Shown piece after piece: positions 41,919-56,651 of a stretch of DNA of 64,000 bases. Each line of letters begins with the position of its first letter. Positions within the stretch are counted from its first letter, which is position 1. Made by a program: the position numbers and the translations under genes. Source of the DNA: Eledone cirrhosa (lineage: Eukaryota); contig OZ024751.1 in NCBI GenBank assembly GCA_964016885.1, positions 5,642,001 to 5,706,000 on the forward strand, read 5' to 3'. The notes below the pieces were generated by a model. The model did not search any database. It was not told the origin of the DNA and saw only the letters and a list, made by a program, of their open reading frames with translations.

Positions 41919-42750
41919 TCAAAGCTTATTGACTCGTAATTACCAGGCCAATGTGATGAGAAACGGAATAAACCCTAAGTGCCGATTCTGCAATGCTGGG
42001 GTTGAAACAGTGGATCACTTAGTCTCTGGATGTAAGGTTTTAGCACCAGTAGAATACAAATATAGAGATGACAGAGTTGGCCAATATCTACACTGGGTAA
42101 TATATCGGCATTACAAAATCAAAGCTGAAGACAAGTGGTACAATTATCACGCTGAGCTGTAACTGAAGGAGAAAATGTAACAATTCTCTGGGACTTTCCT
42201 GTACATACTGACAGGAGCATAAAACAAATAGACCTGACATCATTGTAAAAGATCAACATAACAAGGTCTGTTTAGTGATAGATATGAGCATCGCATGTGA
42301 TCACAATATCGCGGCAAAAGAATTTGACAAGCTACGAAAATATAAAGATCTGTTTATTGAAATTGAGAAAATGTGGCACCTCAAGGCAGTTACAATACCA
42401 GTGATTGTGGGAGGACTGGGAATGATCAAGAAAGGAACAAAACAATATTTGCGAATGATTACTCATATCACGATGTGCAAACATTTTTTTGTCTGGTAAT
42501 GCACACGTATTGAGAAGAGCACCATCACTGTAAGATTGATATCCCTCCTTGTATTTACATATGCATATGCACATGTGTATATAAGTATACTGTTTTTTTT
42601 ATTTTTTAAAAATTATAATCAATTTGCTGTATTAACTGGCTTACCAATGCACACTGTGAATTTATTTGCCCTAGGTGTCAGGAAGACACTCGGCATATAT
42701 CTCAGAAACAATAATGAAAGAAAATAAAAATGATAATAATAATAATAAAA
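41919..42750 (+). mobile_element. Second R4/Dong-clade 3' fragment (different family) in the same AAT tract
   Basis: QSLLTRNYQ...CRFC...ETVDHLVSGC, RPDIIVKD, IDMSIACD..KYKDL. Confidence 0.88.
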
Positions 42751-43525
42751 ATCAAATAGCCAAATCATTAAACTGGTTAATGCATGCAGCTAGTCAGGAT
42801 CGTAATTCTTTCAATTCTCTTTCTTGAAGGGTATTTTTGTTGGACAAAAGACAACATTGAAATGATTTGCAATAAATTATTACACAAACGACAATGAATT
42901 TAATTTGTGGAATATTTCCATGTTAATTTATATTCATTAAGATTAATGATTTCGATTTTGTAACAAGAAATAAATATGCTGCTGAAAAATAAAATGAAGC
43001 AAACCAAGGAAAGTAAACCAACAGAGAAGCAGTTACGTTATTATAATATTGGGATTAAATTACCAGCATAGAATCCATTGATAAATGATGACTTGCTCAA
43101 CACAAACCATCTTCCGCATGTAGAGTTATCGCTTATAAAGCAGGCACAGCATTTATTCAGTATATTCATCTAAAATGGCGGAATTCTATGTGTCAAGAAT
43201 TATCTAAAAGATGATTAATCTTGGAAAAAATTATACAGAATATGGAAAATAAATGGTTTCCTGAATTCGGGTAAAATATTCAAACTTTGTTACTCTTTTC
43301 ACTACGTTTCTGTTTGCTGTTTGTCAAGCTGGAGCATCGCTATGATTTAGCAGATCATATCGATTCCAAGGTTAATGGGTTCAAGTATGCTAGTTATTTC
43401 ATTGATCTCTTCTTTTGCCGAACCACGGGGTATGAACCCCGACACAAACATAATCACCAACTCGGTCACACCCAGGCACACACACACACAGATACAGACA
43501 CACAGAGACACAGACAGTCAGACAG

Positions 43526-43588
<63 letters not shown>

Positions 43589-44247
43589 GGGGACGTAACG
43601 TCCAGTTACTGTAGGTTCACCAGAGTGAGCACTCGATATCTAGTTTTGATACAGATCGAACCATGAGCTGATCAATAGCGAATCGCGCGTCACTGTTCAA
43701 TAAATGCAACGAAGATATAACAAATCGTCTTTATTATATATATATATATATTGAGTTAGAAACTCAAAATAGTCTCTTACAATAAAATAGCTCAAGGAAA
43801 GAGATTTTTCCGAGCCATATATTATAATTGAATATAAAAAAGAGATACACACAGATATATGCATATATGTGTTCAAATCGTAAGGGACCAGATTCATTAA
43901 GGTGAAAAAGATACTAACTATGGACGATAGGGTTTGCCAGACTTAATTTAAGAATAAATCAAGAAAATAATACAAACCGGAATTGTGGTAACTACCAATC
44001 AACCAGACAGCGTTTGGCGATGCTGTTTCGCAATTTAATTGTGAAGAAAATCAAAAATTCTTATTGCTCATCAGTGGGTGAAAAATTAGTAAACTCGTCA
44101 CTTCTGAGTACATCAGAAAACTGAATAGTTTGCGTATATGAAATAACGCACATGGTATCAGAACCTAGCTGTCTCACAAACTCACACCACTAACAATAGC
44201 AGCCAAGTTTACTGGACATTTAAATTAGCTCAACAAATTAACGGAGC

Positions 44248-44322
<75 letters not shown>

Positions 44323-44421
44323 ATATATATGTATGTATGTATGTGCGTATGTATGTACGCCCTTCTAGGACATTTTAAAACCCGGCAGAGCCAATATCTT
44401 CTTCTGATCTGAATGCAACTG

Positions 44422-44460
<39 letters not shown>

Positions 44461-44463
<3 letters not shown>

Positions 44464-44622
44464 ATAATAATAAATGTGAAGACTAAAATCCAAAGAGGGC
44501 TCGATAAGGATAAATATATATAAAAAATATAAGAACCCTAGAGCAAATATTTATTAAAATAACAGATTAAAGTTTAAGCAAAGAATAGCTGCTTTCACCC
44601 TTAACGGGATCTTCTGAAACTA
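44461..44622 (-). mobile_element. 3'-end fragment of the 9181-9548 family
   Basis: Reverse-complement match to 9385-9548; same terminus at (TA)n. Confidence 0.8.
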
Positions 44623-44633
44623 TATAATATATA

Positions 44634-45052
44634 TAGGCTTAGAATTAAGAAGAAAGCAAGAACGGGGTGGGGTGAGGGATTTTCTTCATCAGTTGTCTAC
44701 TGGGGGGTCTCGGATAATTCACGCTTTAGAACTTACGTTCAGCACCGTTGTGGACTTGAATTTTCTTTCTTGAAGTTGCTCGCACATACTTCGGTCTGTT
44801 GTTTGTTTAGCTGTTTTTCTCTTTTCTTCCCTTTTTTTCCTTTTTCTTTTCTATTTCATTCCCTCCGTCCTCCGTTTTTCCAATAACGTACCTAGTTATT
44901 GAATACTTTGGGGGTAGATATATTGTATTTAAAGCATTGAAATATCCGAGACTCCCAGTAGACAACTGATGAGGAAATCTCCCCAGCCGTTCTTGCTTTC
45001 TTCTTAATTTTAAGCCTACCTTAACTAGCAACTACAGCCTGCCTATTCTCCA
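44634..45052. mobile_element. Asymmetric inverted-repeat element in (TA)n
   Basis: Arms 44634-44728 and 44930-45019; ~33-nt right tail. Confidence 0.75.
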
Positions 45053-45069
45053 TATATATATATATATAT

Positions 45070-45393
45070 AAAGGGTAAAGACCCTCTCCGGTCACGAATG
45101 ACCATGAGGTTTCCACGTAGAAAGTTTCCCATCCGAGGCACAATACCGGCAAGTTTGTTTATGCACGACCTGCAGACGCCCATGCATACCAGTCTCCTCT
45201 CACCACACCACAAAAGTTGTCCTAGGGAAAAACAAAGGCCGATACAACTTAGTACCAGTAACGTCATAACTCATTTACAGCTGAGTAAACTGGAGCGACG
45301 TGAAAGAAAGTGTCTTGCTGAAGGACACAACGCATCACCCGGTCCAAAAACCTAACTCACAACCTTACGATTGCAAGCACAACGCCCTAATCA

Positions 45394-45395
<2 letters not shown>
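45070..45395 (-). mobile_element. Second SINE family (CORE-like gtgtccttgagcaagacac motif)
   Basis: gtgtcttgctgaaggacacaacgc and aaccttacgattgc shared with 61520-61648. Confidence 0.7.
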
Positions 45396-45481
<86 letters not shown>

Positions 45482-47376
45482 CATATACGATGGGCCTCAG
45501 CTTTTTCGCAATATATCGGTGAATACGAGGCTATAGTTGAAGACACTCAAGTTGCCAGGCAGCATCACTGAACTTAGAACTGTGTGGTTGTGAAGTGAAT
45601 ACTTTAACATATGAGGGTCATACCATGAATGTGGGCCTGTGCTTAGTGTCCTGAATGAAACTAATATCTACAGTGTGAATAACAATAGAGGAATGTTGTG
45701 AAATGAAAACGTATCAAATTTATAGCCATGGATGTAAGTTGTCATACATGTAAGTTCCATACATCCCCGAGAATAAACGCCAGTGATACCGGCTCGAACT
45801 TCATAACTATTCAGCTATATTTATGTCTTCTCGACAAGACCTGCACCTGTGTTGCTTTATAAAACACTTTCTATTACATTAATCTGTACCTTTGTACACC
45901 AGCGCAGCAGTGTTGGGATTAATTCTATTTTTGAACATGATACAGGATAAATACCATTATAAGGATTGAATGCATACGGCAGTCATACTGAATTCCTAAT
46001 AAAAAGAACCTATTCAATAAAATGCACAGTATGTAATGGAGACTTTGGAAATAAATAAAATACCCTTCGTATATGTATATTTTTCTTGTTATGGATCTTA
46101 GTTAAAGTGAGTTACTACATAATGTCCACTGACACTTATATTCCTATTGGCGTTGATACAATCTTTGTATCGGGTCAATAATAGCCGTTTATGGACATGA
46201 AAGGTAAACTTTGACCACATTTAAGTCAAATTATTATCTATCAGGTCAAGTAGAAATGTTTGAAGATTTGCAGCAAAGATGGTTTCATATAGATCACAGA
46301 AACGAATATCCACTGGGAAAAACTTCAAGATTGATATATTTCTCGTTCTGAGATGGTAGTATGACGTTAGTGTTCAAGTGTTAAAAGCTCCAAATTATAT
46401 GTATCTTTTCAGCATCTTTTTGAAGATGATGTTGGTGGTGATAATGTCAGAGTCTAATAGAATTTTATGACCTATATTATACATATATTTATCACTGTAT
46501 TAAATTGTTTTGACTGGATTCAGCTACAAGAGTGTATGCAAATGTTTATTTTCTGTTGCATATAATCAGCCTATAGTATATTACATGTCTTATTTTAGCT
46601 GTCGTAAAAGTGTAAGAAATCCTAGAAAGATTTGAACAGATAATATTTGGTATTATAATATTTCTTAAAATACCAAAATATGAAATACCTTTGTTTATTC
46701 AAAAGACAGTTTTTCTATGGAAAATTTAATATTCATATTCTCAACAGTTGACACTCCGGAAATATGAATGATATATAATGTATATAGTTTCTGGTACATT
46801 ACCTTCCTTCGCTATATACTTAGCTATATACTGGCACCGTATAACTTGGGACTTTGTATTTGCTTTATACTAGATTCGTATATCACATCAAAGAAAAGAT
46901 AGAAAATTGAGTCGTTCTCGATTCTTGATAAAGAATTAAAGAAAAATATATTCAACAGGTATACAACAGGGTATCGATGAATGTGTGGGTTTACTTTATA
47001 TTTATTTATTTGAGTGAAAACATGAAGACAATTTTAAGGGATATGTGTGGTTCGTTAAATCAACTAGTTTGTGACGGATATATATTTGTTGGCGCCAAAG
47101 TTGACTAGGAAAAATCAATAGCGGTAAAGTTTGAAAACATAATCATGTAGGACAGAAATTATGTAAGATATTTCATCTGTCATTCCATAATATCATCCAG
47201 ATCATTTTGCATAAAGTACTGAGTAATATTATTGAATTATATGTAAATATATCTATATTTACATATAATTTGTAATTTTATCGAATTTTGATGGCAAAAA
47301 GTATGAGACTCCGCTGGCTGGAACCAGTTTACAACTCATGAAAAAGCATCAGACTTCTATTATATATCAGCCTTTT

Positions 47377-47830
47377 CTGGCCTGGTGGTAAGGGTGTTAT
47401 ACTTACAATCATAATTGTTTCTACTTTAGGCACAAGGCCAGCAATTATCCAGTGCATTACTGGTACTTTATTTTATCGACCCCGTAAGGATGAAAGGCAA
47501 AGTCAACCTCGGCGGGATTTGAACTCAGATCGTAAAGGGACGTAACTATGCTGGAAAGCATGGCGTTCGACCCTCTACCGATACTGCCAATCCACGGCCC
47601 TTACTTACAATCATAATGTCGTTGGTTCGATTCCTGGACTGGGTTGTTTGCTCTGTTCTTCATTTTCACGTTGCTCCATTATACTGAACTGAAAATGAGT
47701 ACTAGCAATACCTGCGTGTTTACTCCTTCAATAGACTGGTATCATTCCCGAGGTCGTCTTGTACTCTCAGTCGCTTCACGCCACGAAACTGGGGTAAGCA
47801 TCTTCCTGATGAGCCACCTCACTTGAGACA
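47377..47830 (+). mobile_element. tRNA-derived SINE interrupted by a minus-strand SINE (47411-47600)
   Basis: A/B-box-like tggcctggtggtaagg...ggttcgattcc; 16-bp TSD tacttacaatcataat at 47400-47415 and 47602-47617. Confidence 0.8.
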
Positions 47831-48026
47831 TACTTAAGACCTTGCTGAGCTGGCTTCCAGGTTTCACAAATTCTCTCTACGTTGCCGTCAATAGTTTTAT
47901 ATATGTTGAGAACTTGTTTCAATGTTATATATATTTATAACGAAGGAAATGTGGTAAGGAACCAGATGGACCATAGCGCACCAAAGTACTCAATACTTAG
48001 GGTAGTAGAGTGGGTAATATATATAC

Positions 48027-48400
48027 AGTGAAAGAATGAAGAGTAAAATGGTTCGCTATACAACAAGGGGCTTTATTTCAGGTATTGACAATTGTTTCAT
48101 TGATCAGGTGAGTCTAGAGGTCGCTAATCGCTCGAGCTAATCGACCACTAGACTCACCTGATCAATGAAGCAATTGTCAATACCTAAAATAAAGCCCCTT
48201 GTTATACAGCCAACCATGTTACTCTTCATTCTTTCACTATTATTACTTCAAGTATAACCTACATAGGAATTCCCGCGAACTCGCTGCCTAACTATGGAAA
48301 CATCTTGTTGAGTTAAACAAAGCCGTACGTTAAAACTATCCACGACGCAGATAACTCACAACCTCTACCTGGATTACCTATAACGATAACTTGTTACCCC
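48027..48400. mobile_element. Asymmetric inverted-repeat element containing the 3' half of an HHR
   Basis: Arms 48027-48125 and 48143-48238; left arm (minus) reads GAAACAATTGTC; ~160-nt right tail. Confidence 0.75.
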
Positions 48401-48434
<34 letters not shown>

Positions 48435-48456
48435 ATATATATATGTATATTCATGT

Positions 48457-49233
<777 letters not shown>

Positions 49234-49380
49234 GTATATGTTGGCTGTTTGCCGACACCTCAGGATGCAGAATGCAGCACTCGACGAAGTACGCACGTTG
49301 GTTTGTTTACTCCGGAGTAATGTAAAATAATTAAGTCAAATATGTAAAATTTGGTAACGTTTATTACAAATTATAGATAT

Positions 49381-49416
49381 ACTGCTATATATATTTCGGT
49401 GACCTCTTCAGGCAGT
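49381..49416 (-). ncRNA. 36-nt minimal hammerhead
   Basis: actgc-CTGAAGA-ggtcacc-GAAATATATATA-gcagt. Confidence 0.75.
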
Positions 49417-49869
49417 CCGAATTGGTGTGGGAAGGACAGGTACACATGTTGTTGAAATGTGTTTTACTCCGTGAATCCATCGATATGTCCACCTCCTGGT
49501 AGTGTTGTTATTTCTCTTAGGAACTTGAATTATATAATTCCAGTTCCTAAGAGAAATAACAACACTACCAGGACCTGGACTTATATATACAAACAATACA
49601 TGTATTGTATAAAAATTCCAGACTAGATAAAACATTTCATAAAATTATAAAATAATTCAGAAAATTATAAAAAGAACTTCGGTAGAAATACGAACTATAA
49701 AAATAGTAAAATATGAAATAGTCTTTCGCAGAAACGCTATAGAAATAATGCAAACATTTAGTCCATGACTAAATGAGCTGTTATAGGGTAATAACTGATG
49801 CAAGATAAAAGCAACACGATCAACACGAACGATTACACTGTTGTCAATAACAATGCGATTCACTTAAAA

Positions 49870-50195
49870 CAGAGGTTCTAAAACCCTACGCGGAGCGCAT
49901 TGAGAAGATCCAGCAGGCTCTGGAGCCTAAGGGGGAAGTGGAGGACATTAGAGATAATATAATAGTATATTAAATATCAAATGATACGTATTATACACAA
50001 ATATACTAAAATAAAAAATATATATTTATTCATATATAGTATATATATTTTTTATTATATATCAATTAACGGTTTTATTTATTATATATTTTTTACAATT
50101 TGCGTGTCGACAGGTCTCGGCGGAAATAGGGTTGGGAGCACTGACGGTATTGCGTTGCCACATTGTCAGTGGTTCGAAAAGTTTGAGAACCTCAG
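49870..50195. mobile_element. hAT-like MITE
   Basis: cagaggttct...gagaacctcag; similar 8-bp flanks acttaaaa/tcttcaaa. Confidence 0.7.
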
Positions 50196-50916
50196 TCTTC
50201 AAACCAGCTAACCATTCATCAATTCTATCAATTTAACTTCTTATCTGTACACGTACAGTTGAAAAAGTGTTGTTTACATTTCTTTAAGGCTAATGGTTTT
50301 GAATCCATGTATTATCTGCGGCAGTGTTTCAATTTATGTATTTCCTGTAGTATAAAGATTTAGATCGTCCATATACAGGGGATGGTTAATTTTCTTGCTA
50401 TAGCATTTATCACCAAGACCAGTCCTGTTTAGTATCTCAGATAATGGTGCCAATGCTGGGTAGAAGAGGAGTGGTGAAAATGTGTCCCCTTGAAATATCC
50501 CTCTTTTAATTGGGATAGGCTCACATTTTATAAATCCATCATTCGTTTGTATATGTACAACTGTTCGCGATTAACTCATGGCATGTTTGAGCAAGGTTTC
50601 TATTGTTGGAGCTACTTTCTGTATTGGTAGTGTGTTTAGTATCTACATACGTACAACACTGTCAAAATCCGTCTGGTAATCAATCCATGTAATGCTGAAG
50701 TTTTGTTTGTAGGTATCGTTTATGACGTTTATGGTTGAGGTTTGTTGCGTCTTGTTGCTTTCTTTATCAGTGCTGAATATGTTGGTTCTACTGGATTACA
50801 TTCTCAATATTTTTATATTCATTACATTATCTGTGCTCATTATTTATTCTTTTAGACGTTCTACATTAATTTCGCGCACACACAAACACACCCACACAGA
50901 TGCATGCATACAAAAA

Positions 50917-51362
50917 TAATTGTTTCTACTTTTGGCACAATGCCAGCAATTACCCAGTGCATTACTGGTACTTTATTTTATCGACCCCGTAAGGATGAAA
51001 GGCAAAGTTAACCTCGGCGGGATTTGAACTCAGATCATAAAGGGAGGTAAAATAATAATTGTTTCTACTATTGGCACAAGGCCAGCTAATTAACCAGTAC
51101 ATTACTGGTACTTCATTTTATCGACCCCGTAAGGATGAAAGGCAAAGTTAACATGATTTCTAGTATAGGCACAAGGCGAGTAGTTTGGGGGGAGGGGAAA
51201 TTCGATTAAATCGACACCAGTACGTTACGGATGCTTTATTTTATCGACCCCCGTAAGGATGTAACGCAAAATTAACCTCGGCGGGATTTTAACTCAGAAC
51301 GTAAAGGGATTTAACTATATGCCACAAAGCATGTTGTCTGACGCTCTACCGATACTGCCAAT
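50917..51362 (-). mobile_element. Three tandem SINE copies
   Basis: Repeated ttgtttctac..ggcacaagg...gaccccgtaaggatg. Confidence 0.85.
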
Positions 51363-52554
51363 AATAATAAAATAATGATAAAATTTGATAATAATAACGA
51401 TACTAACTATTATTATTGTAGATGTATTTATTTTGTAATCACTTTATGAGAAGTAAAAATTAGGCTGATATTTTGAATGGATTTAGTTAACAAGAGATAA
51501 TGACTAGCTATGAAAAGGTCGTAGATGGACAGTAAATATTAAAATGTTTACCGTTAATCATAGGAATGTAGTTAATATTTCAATTGTTAATATCGTATAC
51601 ACTATTAGTGCAATGAAAATAATTCATTAATTGTCAGATGGTCTGAACATTCCGTTTAACATTAAAACCATTAGGTAAATATATTGAGAAATTATGTGAG
51701 ATTACAATGGTTTAGATAATAACGAGAAAATTACCCGTTATATCTACATATATCATTGTTAAACTAAAGTCGTCATGATGTTATACAAGCAGTAGGAAGA
51801 ACGACGTAAGTGGACCGAGTATAAATGCTTGCTATACATATTTAAACGTAATGGAAATATATATTTTAAATAGATATTAATATATCTATTATTCTTATGT
51901 ATTTTATGTCATGATAAATATTTTTGGCCATTCAAATATAATCTCTTGCTATAGATTTAGAGAGAGAAACAGTTTATTTATTTATTTATCTATCAATTTA
52001 TTTATTCAATTTAAACGTTCGTATAGAGCTAGTAAGCCACGGCAGACTAGTGGAAGTATCGAGTACTCCTTGCAGTTAACCAAAAAGAGCTAGTGAGACA
52101 GATAAAACAATAAAATAAAATAAAAACTAAAAACTAAAGTAAAAATAAAAAAAGAGAAAATTGGGAAAAATTTATTTATCGAAACCAAAGGAGTGAAAAG
52201 TAAAGTTGTCCTCGGTAGGGTACACACAGTAGGGTACACATATACTACCTACTGTAGTGTATACCTCATCTAGACTATTGAAAGATATCTGTATGTATTT
52301 GGATGCATGCGTATTTGTGTTCATGCGTGTGTGTATACGTGTGTAAGCATGTGTGTGTATGTGTATGTGTATGTATGTGTGTGTATGTGTGTGTATGTAT
52401 TTGTGCACGGGGGTATGTGTGTATGCGTGTGTGTATATATGTGTGTAGGTATGTGTACGTGTGTGTGTGTGTGTGTAACTCCCGAGGGTGTCTCAAGGGA
52501 GCCATATTGACGGTGTTTCTGGATCATTTCTAAACCTGGGGAGGCCATCTCCTC

Positions 52555-53098
52555 ATGATATTCGGGATGTAGTTATGGTCCTTTATGTTTTGAGTTAAGA
52601 ATTGTTAGATGGTCGGACAGAATGCTGTTCAGTACTCCTTCCGACTCTCTGCTTTCTGAGTTGAAATCCCACCGAGGCCAACTTTCCCTTTCATCCATTC
52701 GAGGCAACTAAAAAAGTACCAGTAAAATACTGGGAACGATTCTTATATCTCTTTCTCTCTTCCTTTCTCTCACTCTCTATCCTTCTCTGGAAGAAAGCTT
52801 CAGACCTGGGGAGGCCATCTCCTCCCCAGTTCTGAAGCTTTCTTCCAGAGAAGGATAGAGAGTGACAGAAAGGAAGAGAGTGAGAGAAAGGAAGAGAGAA
52901 AGAGATATAAGAATCGTTCCCAGTATTTCACTGGTACTTTTTTATTTGCCTCGAATGGATGAAAGGGAAAGTTGGCCTCGGTGGGATTTCAACTCAGCAA
53001 GCAGAGAGTCGGAAGGAGTACTGAACAGCATTCTGTCCGACCATCTAACAATTCTTAACTCAAAACGTAAAGGACCATAACTACATCCCGAATATCAT
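52555..53098. repeat. ~250-bp inverted duplication of a SINE part plus GA tract
   Basis: Arms 52555-52804 and 52831-53098; the SINE continues only on the right, to ~53135. Confidence 0.9.
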
Positions 53099-53176
53099 AT
53101 TTTTGGACGCTCTACCAATGATGCTAATTCACCCTTCCTTTGATTAAGTAATATATTTAACAATTAAACATTAAGA

Positions 53177-53316
53177 TACGAGGGTCGGCTGAAAAGTTCA
53201 TAGACTTAAACGATGCAATTGTTTAAAAAAAGAGATGAAATTAATGCAGGCAAGATTTCACTGTTCTAGCATCACTCCTTCATAGTCAGCCTATTTACGT
53301 TTCATCAAATCCTCAT
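53177..53316. mobile_element. Mariner-type MITE
   Basis: tacgagggtcggctgaaaagttcatag TIR as in 20960. Confidence 0.6.
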
Positions 53317-53680
53317 AGATAGGAATGTGCGTGTGCATGCACACATTCGTAAATAATTTTATATTGGCAACACATCTGTTGTAAACTAAACACTAGATTA
53401 AAAAAAATCTAGTTTCTCTGCCCATTGGCTTCCATTCTAATAAAGCCCAGTTCATGTTTCATGAAGTCAGACAAAAGTACGCTAGTTAAAGTATGTTCTA
53501 AATATTATTCTAGGGTCAATTTTAGATAAATAATCCTTCCTAAAATGACTGAAATGAAAGATGTAAAGTAATATATATCGGTTATTCCTCTGTTAAGAAC
53601 TAACCATTTCTAGACATCTTGACAGATTTACTGTTATTTAAAATGAAACGAATATAATGAATTGACTTACTGAGAATTGT

Positions 53681-53738
<58 letters not shown>

Positions 53739-54343
53739 GAAATTTAGTAAATCGAATCTCTGGCGGTTTGCAAGCAATTTCGGCCTACTTATATGAAATG
53801 ATGAGTTAGCAAAGCACTCGATAAGTTAGGTCCTTAGAGTAATAACATACTTTTAAATAGCTTGACAAATCGAACATTGTGGTAGGCAAAATCTAACACT
53901 CAATAATATACGAAAGTAACGATAGAGCTAACAGGTTGAGAAAAATACACCTGGACAAATCAAACGATTATACGTTTAAAGTTTTTCTTTGAATCCGAAA
54001 TCAAATATCAAACTTACGTGACTGGCAAGCTCGTGGTATTCATGATCGAACGGAGGATTCGTTTTTCAACAGGCTTTTCGTTCTACCCAGAACAGGGGTG
54101 ATAGGCTAAATGTTGCTGCTAAATGCAGCGTATCGTATCTATAGTTGTCACGTGTTAATTCCAGCAAGGGAATAACCCCCGGTTTTAGGCGGGTCATTGA
54201 AAATGTTAGACAAAGGAAATATTTTAATTTCCGCTAATCATCATGATAAACTCTCGACTAGATGTTATAAAACAAACACAAATAATTAACCAATCAACAG
54301 AATTGTCTAATTAAATTAATTAGTTAATTATTAAATCTAGGAG

Positions 54344-54382
<39 letters not shown>

Positions 54383-54383
<1 letters not shown>

Positions 54384-55483
54384 CATTTAAAGTTGAGACG
54401 GTAAACAGAAAACAAAAAAAAACGTGGAAGCGAAGAGGCAGAGTACAAATGTCGTTATTAGTTCCAGGGGGTGGGGACGACGTTTCGGGTATAAGCCCTT
54501 CATCAGGAGAACAGTAGACAGAAAGAGTGTTCCGAGGGTGTGTGAGGGAGTGGTGGAAAGACATTAAAACAATTATTTAAAAGGGGGCGGGGTCGGAGAA
54601 ACGGGAGGAAAAAGATTTTTTTGGAGAGTAAAAATATAAAAAATAAAAATAAACAAGTGGTGAAAAGGTGTGAAGCGTGTGGTGAGTGGAGGGGGATGGG
54701 GGGTCCGACGGAGAGGGCTGAAGGTGGTGTATGTGTATGTGTGTAGGTGTAGGTGTATGTGTGTGTGGATGTGAATGTGAGGGTTGGGGGAAGAATGGGT
54801 TCCATGTTCAAGTAATAAGGAAACCGGTGTGTACATGTGGGTGGGGTGTAAGTCGGTGTGTGTGTGCGTTTGGATGGAGAGGGGTCAGATGGGGTGGGGG
54901 AGTGGGGGCGTGTGTAGTCCGGAGGCTGAGTGTGTGTATATGAGGATACGCACGTGTGTGTGTGTGAATATATGTGGTGTGGAGTATGGTGGCATGGTGC
55001 GAAAATAGTGTAAGAGTTTGTGTGTGTGTGTTCCTGTGGTTTTTTCCACGGACTATAAGACCAGATGTTGGAGATTCTGAATGTAGCAGGATAGAGAGCT
55101 GGAGCGATGGACCAGTGGTGTAAAATCCTGGTATGGTAGTGAGGAAGTGGGGCGTTGTGGGGTGCGCGCGCAACAGGAAGTGGTCAGAGAGTCAAGGCAG
55201 GGCGAAGGATGTGGGAGGAAGGAGATAGCAGTCGGGAGTTGACAGCAGGCAGTGGTGTTGAGGCTGACAAATATAGAGGGGTCTTGTATGTGGTGTGGAA
55301 TGTGTGTATGTGTGTGCGGAGGTGCGGTGGACAGAGGAGGGGATGGGTAGGTGTAAAAGGTGGAGGGAGAGAGTATAATGTCGGGGGTTGGTGTCTATAT
55401 TAGTGGAGGTGTTAGTGGGATATGTCTGTGGGGGGTGTTGGTAGAACGGGGAGAGTGAGAGGGAGAGATAAGGTGTTGTACTG

Positions 55484-55514
<31 letters not shown>

Positions 55515-55730
55515 TGTTTCGGATATGAGTGTTACACGTACAGTGGGTATTAGTATTACTGCTGGTGGGGGAGGGGTTGAATGCGGGTGTGTGAGTGAGG
55601 CTTAGTGGTGGTACTGTGTGTGTAGAGTGGGTGGTGTATCGGTGTCTACGTAGGTGCGGGGGAGTGTATGTGTGATGGTGTGTGTTGGTGTGTGTGGTGA
55701 GGCGGAAGGTGGGTTGGGGGGTGTTAGTAA
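54383..55730 (-). mobile_element. Probable PLE 3' UTR/pLTR (GT-rich) with HHR core at 54478-54507
   Basis: CTGATGA-agggcttataccc-GAAACGTC (stem I poorly paired); flanked by (TA)n. Confidence 0.5.
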
Positions 55731-55750
55731 TATATATATATATATATAAT

Positions 55751-56290
55751 CGGAAAAAATGAAACGAAATTTCATTTCCCACTCTTGGTACGGCTGTTAC
55801 TTAAATATAAGTATGTATACGTACATATATATATGTATACAGACGTACAATAATACGTATATATATATACATACATGCACATATATATATATATATATGT
55901 ACGTATGGATCTACCGACCATTTATTATAATGCTCGGTGTGTTTGTAAACACACATCCCGAATTAAGCCGTACAGTGTATAGCAACCATCGTTGCTCATT
56001 TGTTCAACACTGACAAAGGAACGATGTACTAGTTTCAAGCTTATTAGCTGTCGTCAGCAACTTATACCCTTCCTGCCAGATGGTTAAACGTCTGAAAGTA
56101 TATACTTTGCTTATGTATATTAACGGCTGAGCAGCCTAATTTGCATATCGAGTGAGTTAATCGGCCGGGGTACCGAAAACGATAAATGGAAAAAAATGAA
56201 ACGAAATTTCATTTCTCACTTTTAGTACGGCTGTTACTTAAATATAAGTATGTATACGTACATACATATATGTATACAGACGTACAGTAG

Positions 56291-56356
<66 letters not shown>

Positions 56357-56499
56357 CATACATGCACACATATATATATGTACGTATGGATTCACCGAAC
56401 ATTTATCGTTTATCGTTAATTCGGGATGTTTGTTTACAAACACACCGAGTATTATAATAAATGTTCGGTGAATCAATACGTACATATATATATGTGTGC

Positions 56500-56594
<95 letters not shown>

Positions 56595-56645
56595 CATACT
56601 ACTGTACGTCTGTATACATATATGTATGTACGTATACATACTTAT
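55751..56645 (-). mobile_element. Retrozyme-like family A, copy 2 (~1.5 units plus inverted arm 56417-56645); HHR 56021-56061
   Basis: ggaaaaaatgaaacgaaatttc recurs at 55752 and 56188; gttg-CTGACGA-cagctaataagctt-GAAACTAGTA-catc. Confidence 0.75.
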
Positions 56646-56651
56646 ATATAT

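Noticed and set aside
44939-44990. GAAA...CTGATGA as a type-II hammerhead
   Set aside because: Stems I and II do not pair.
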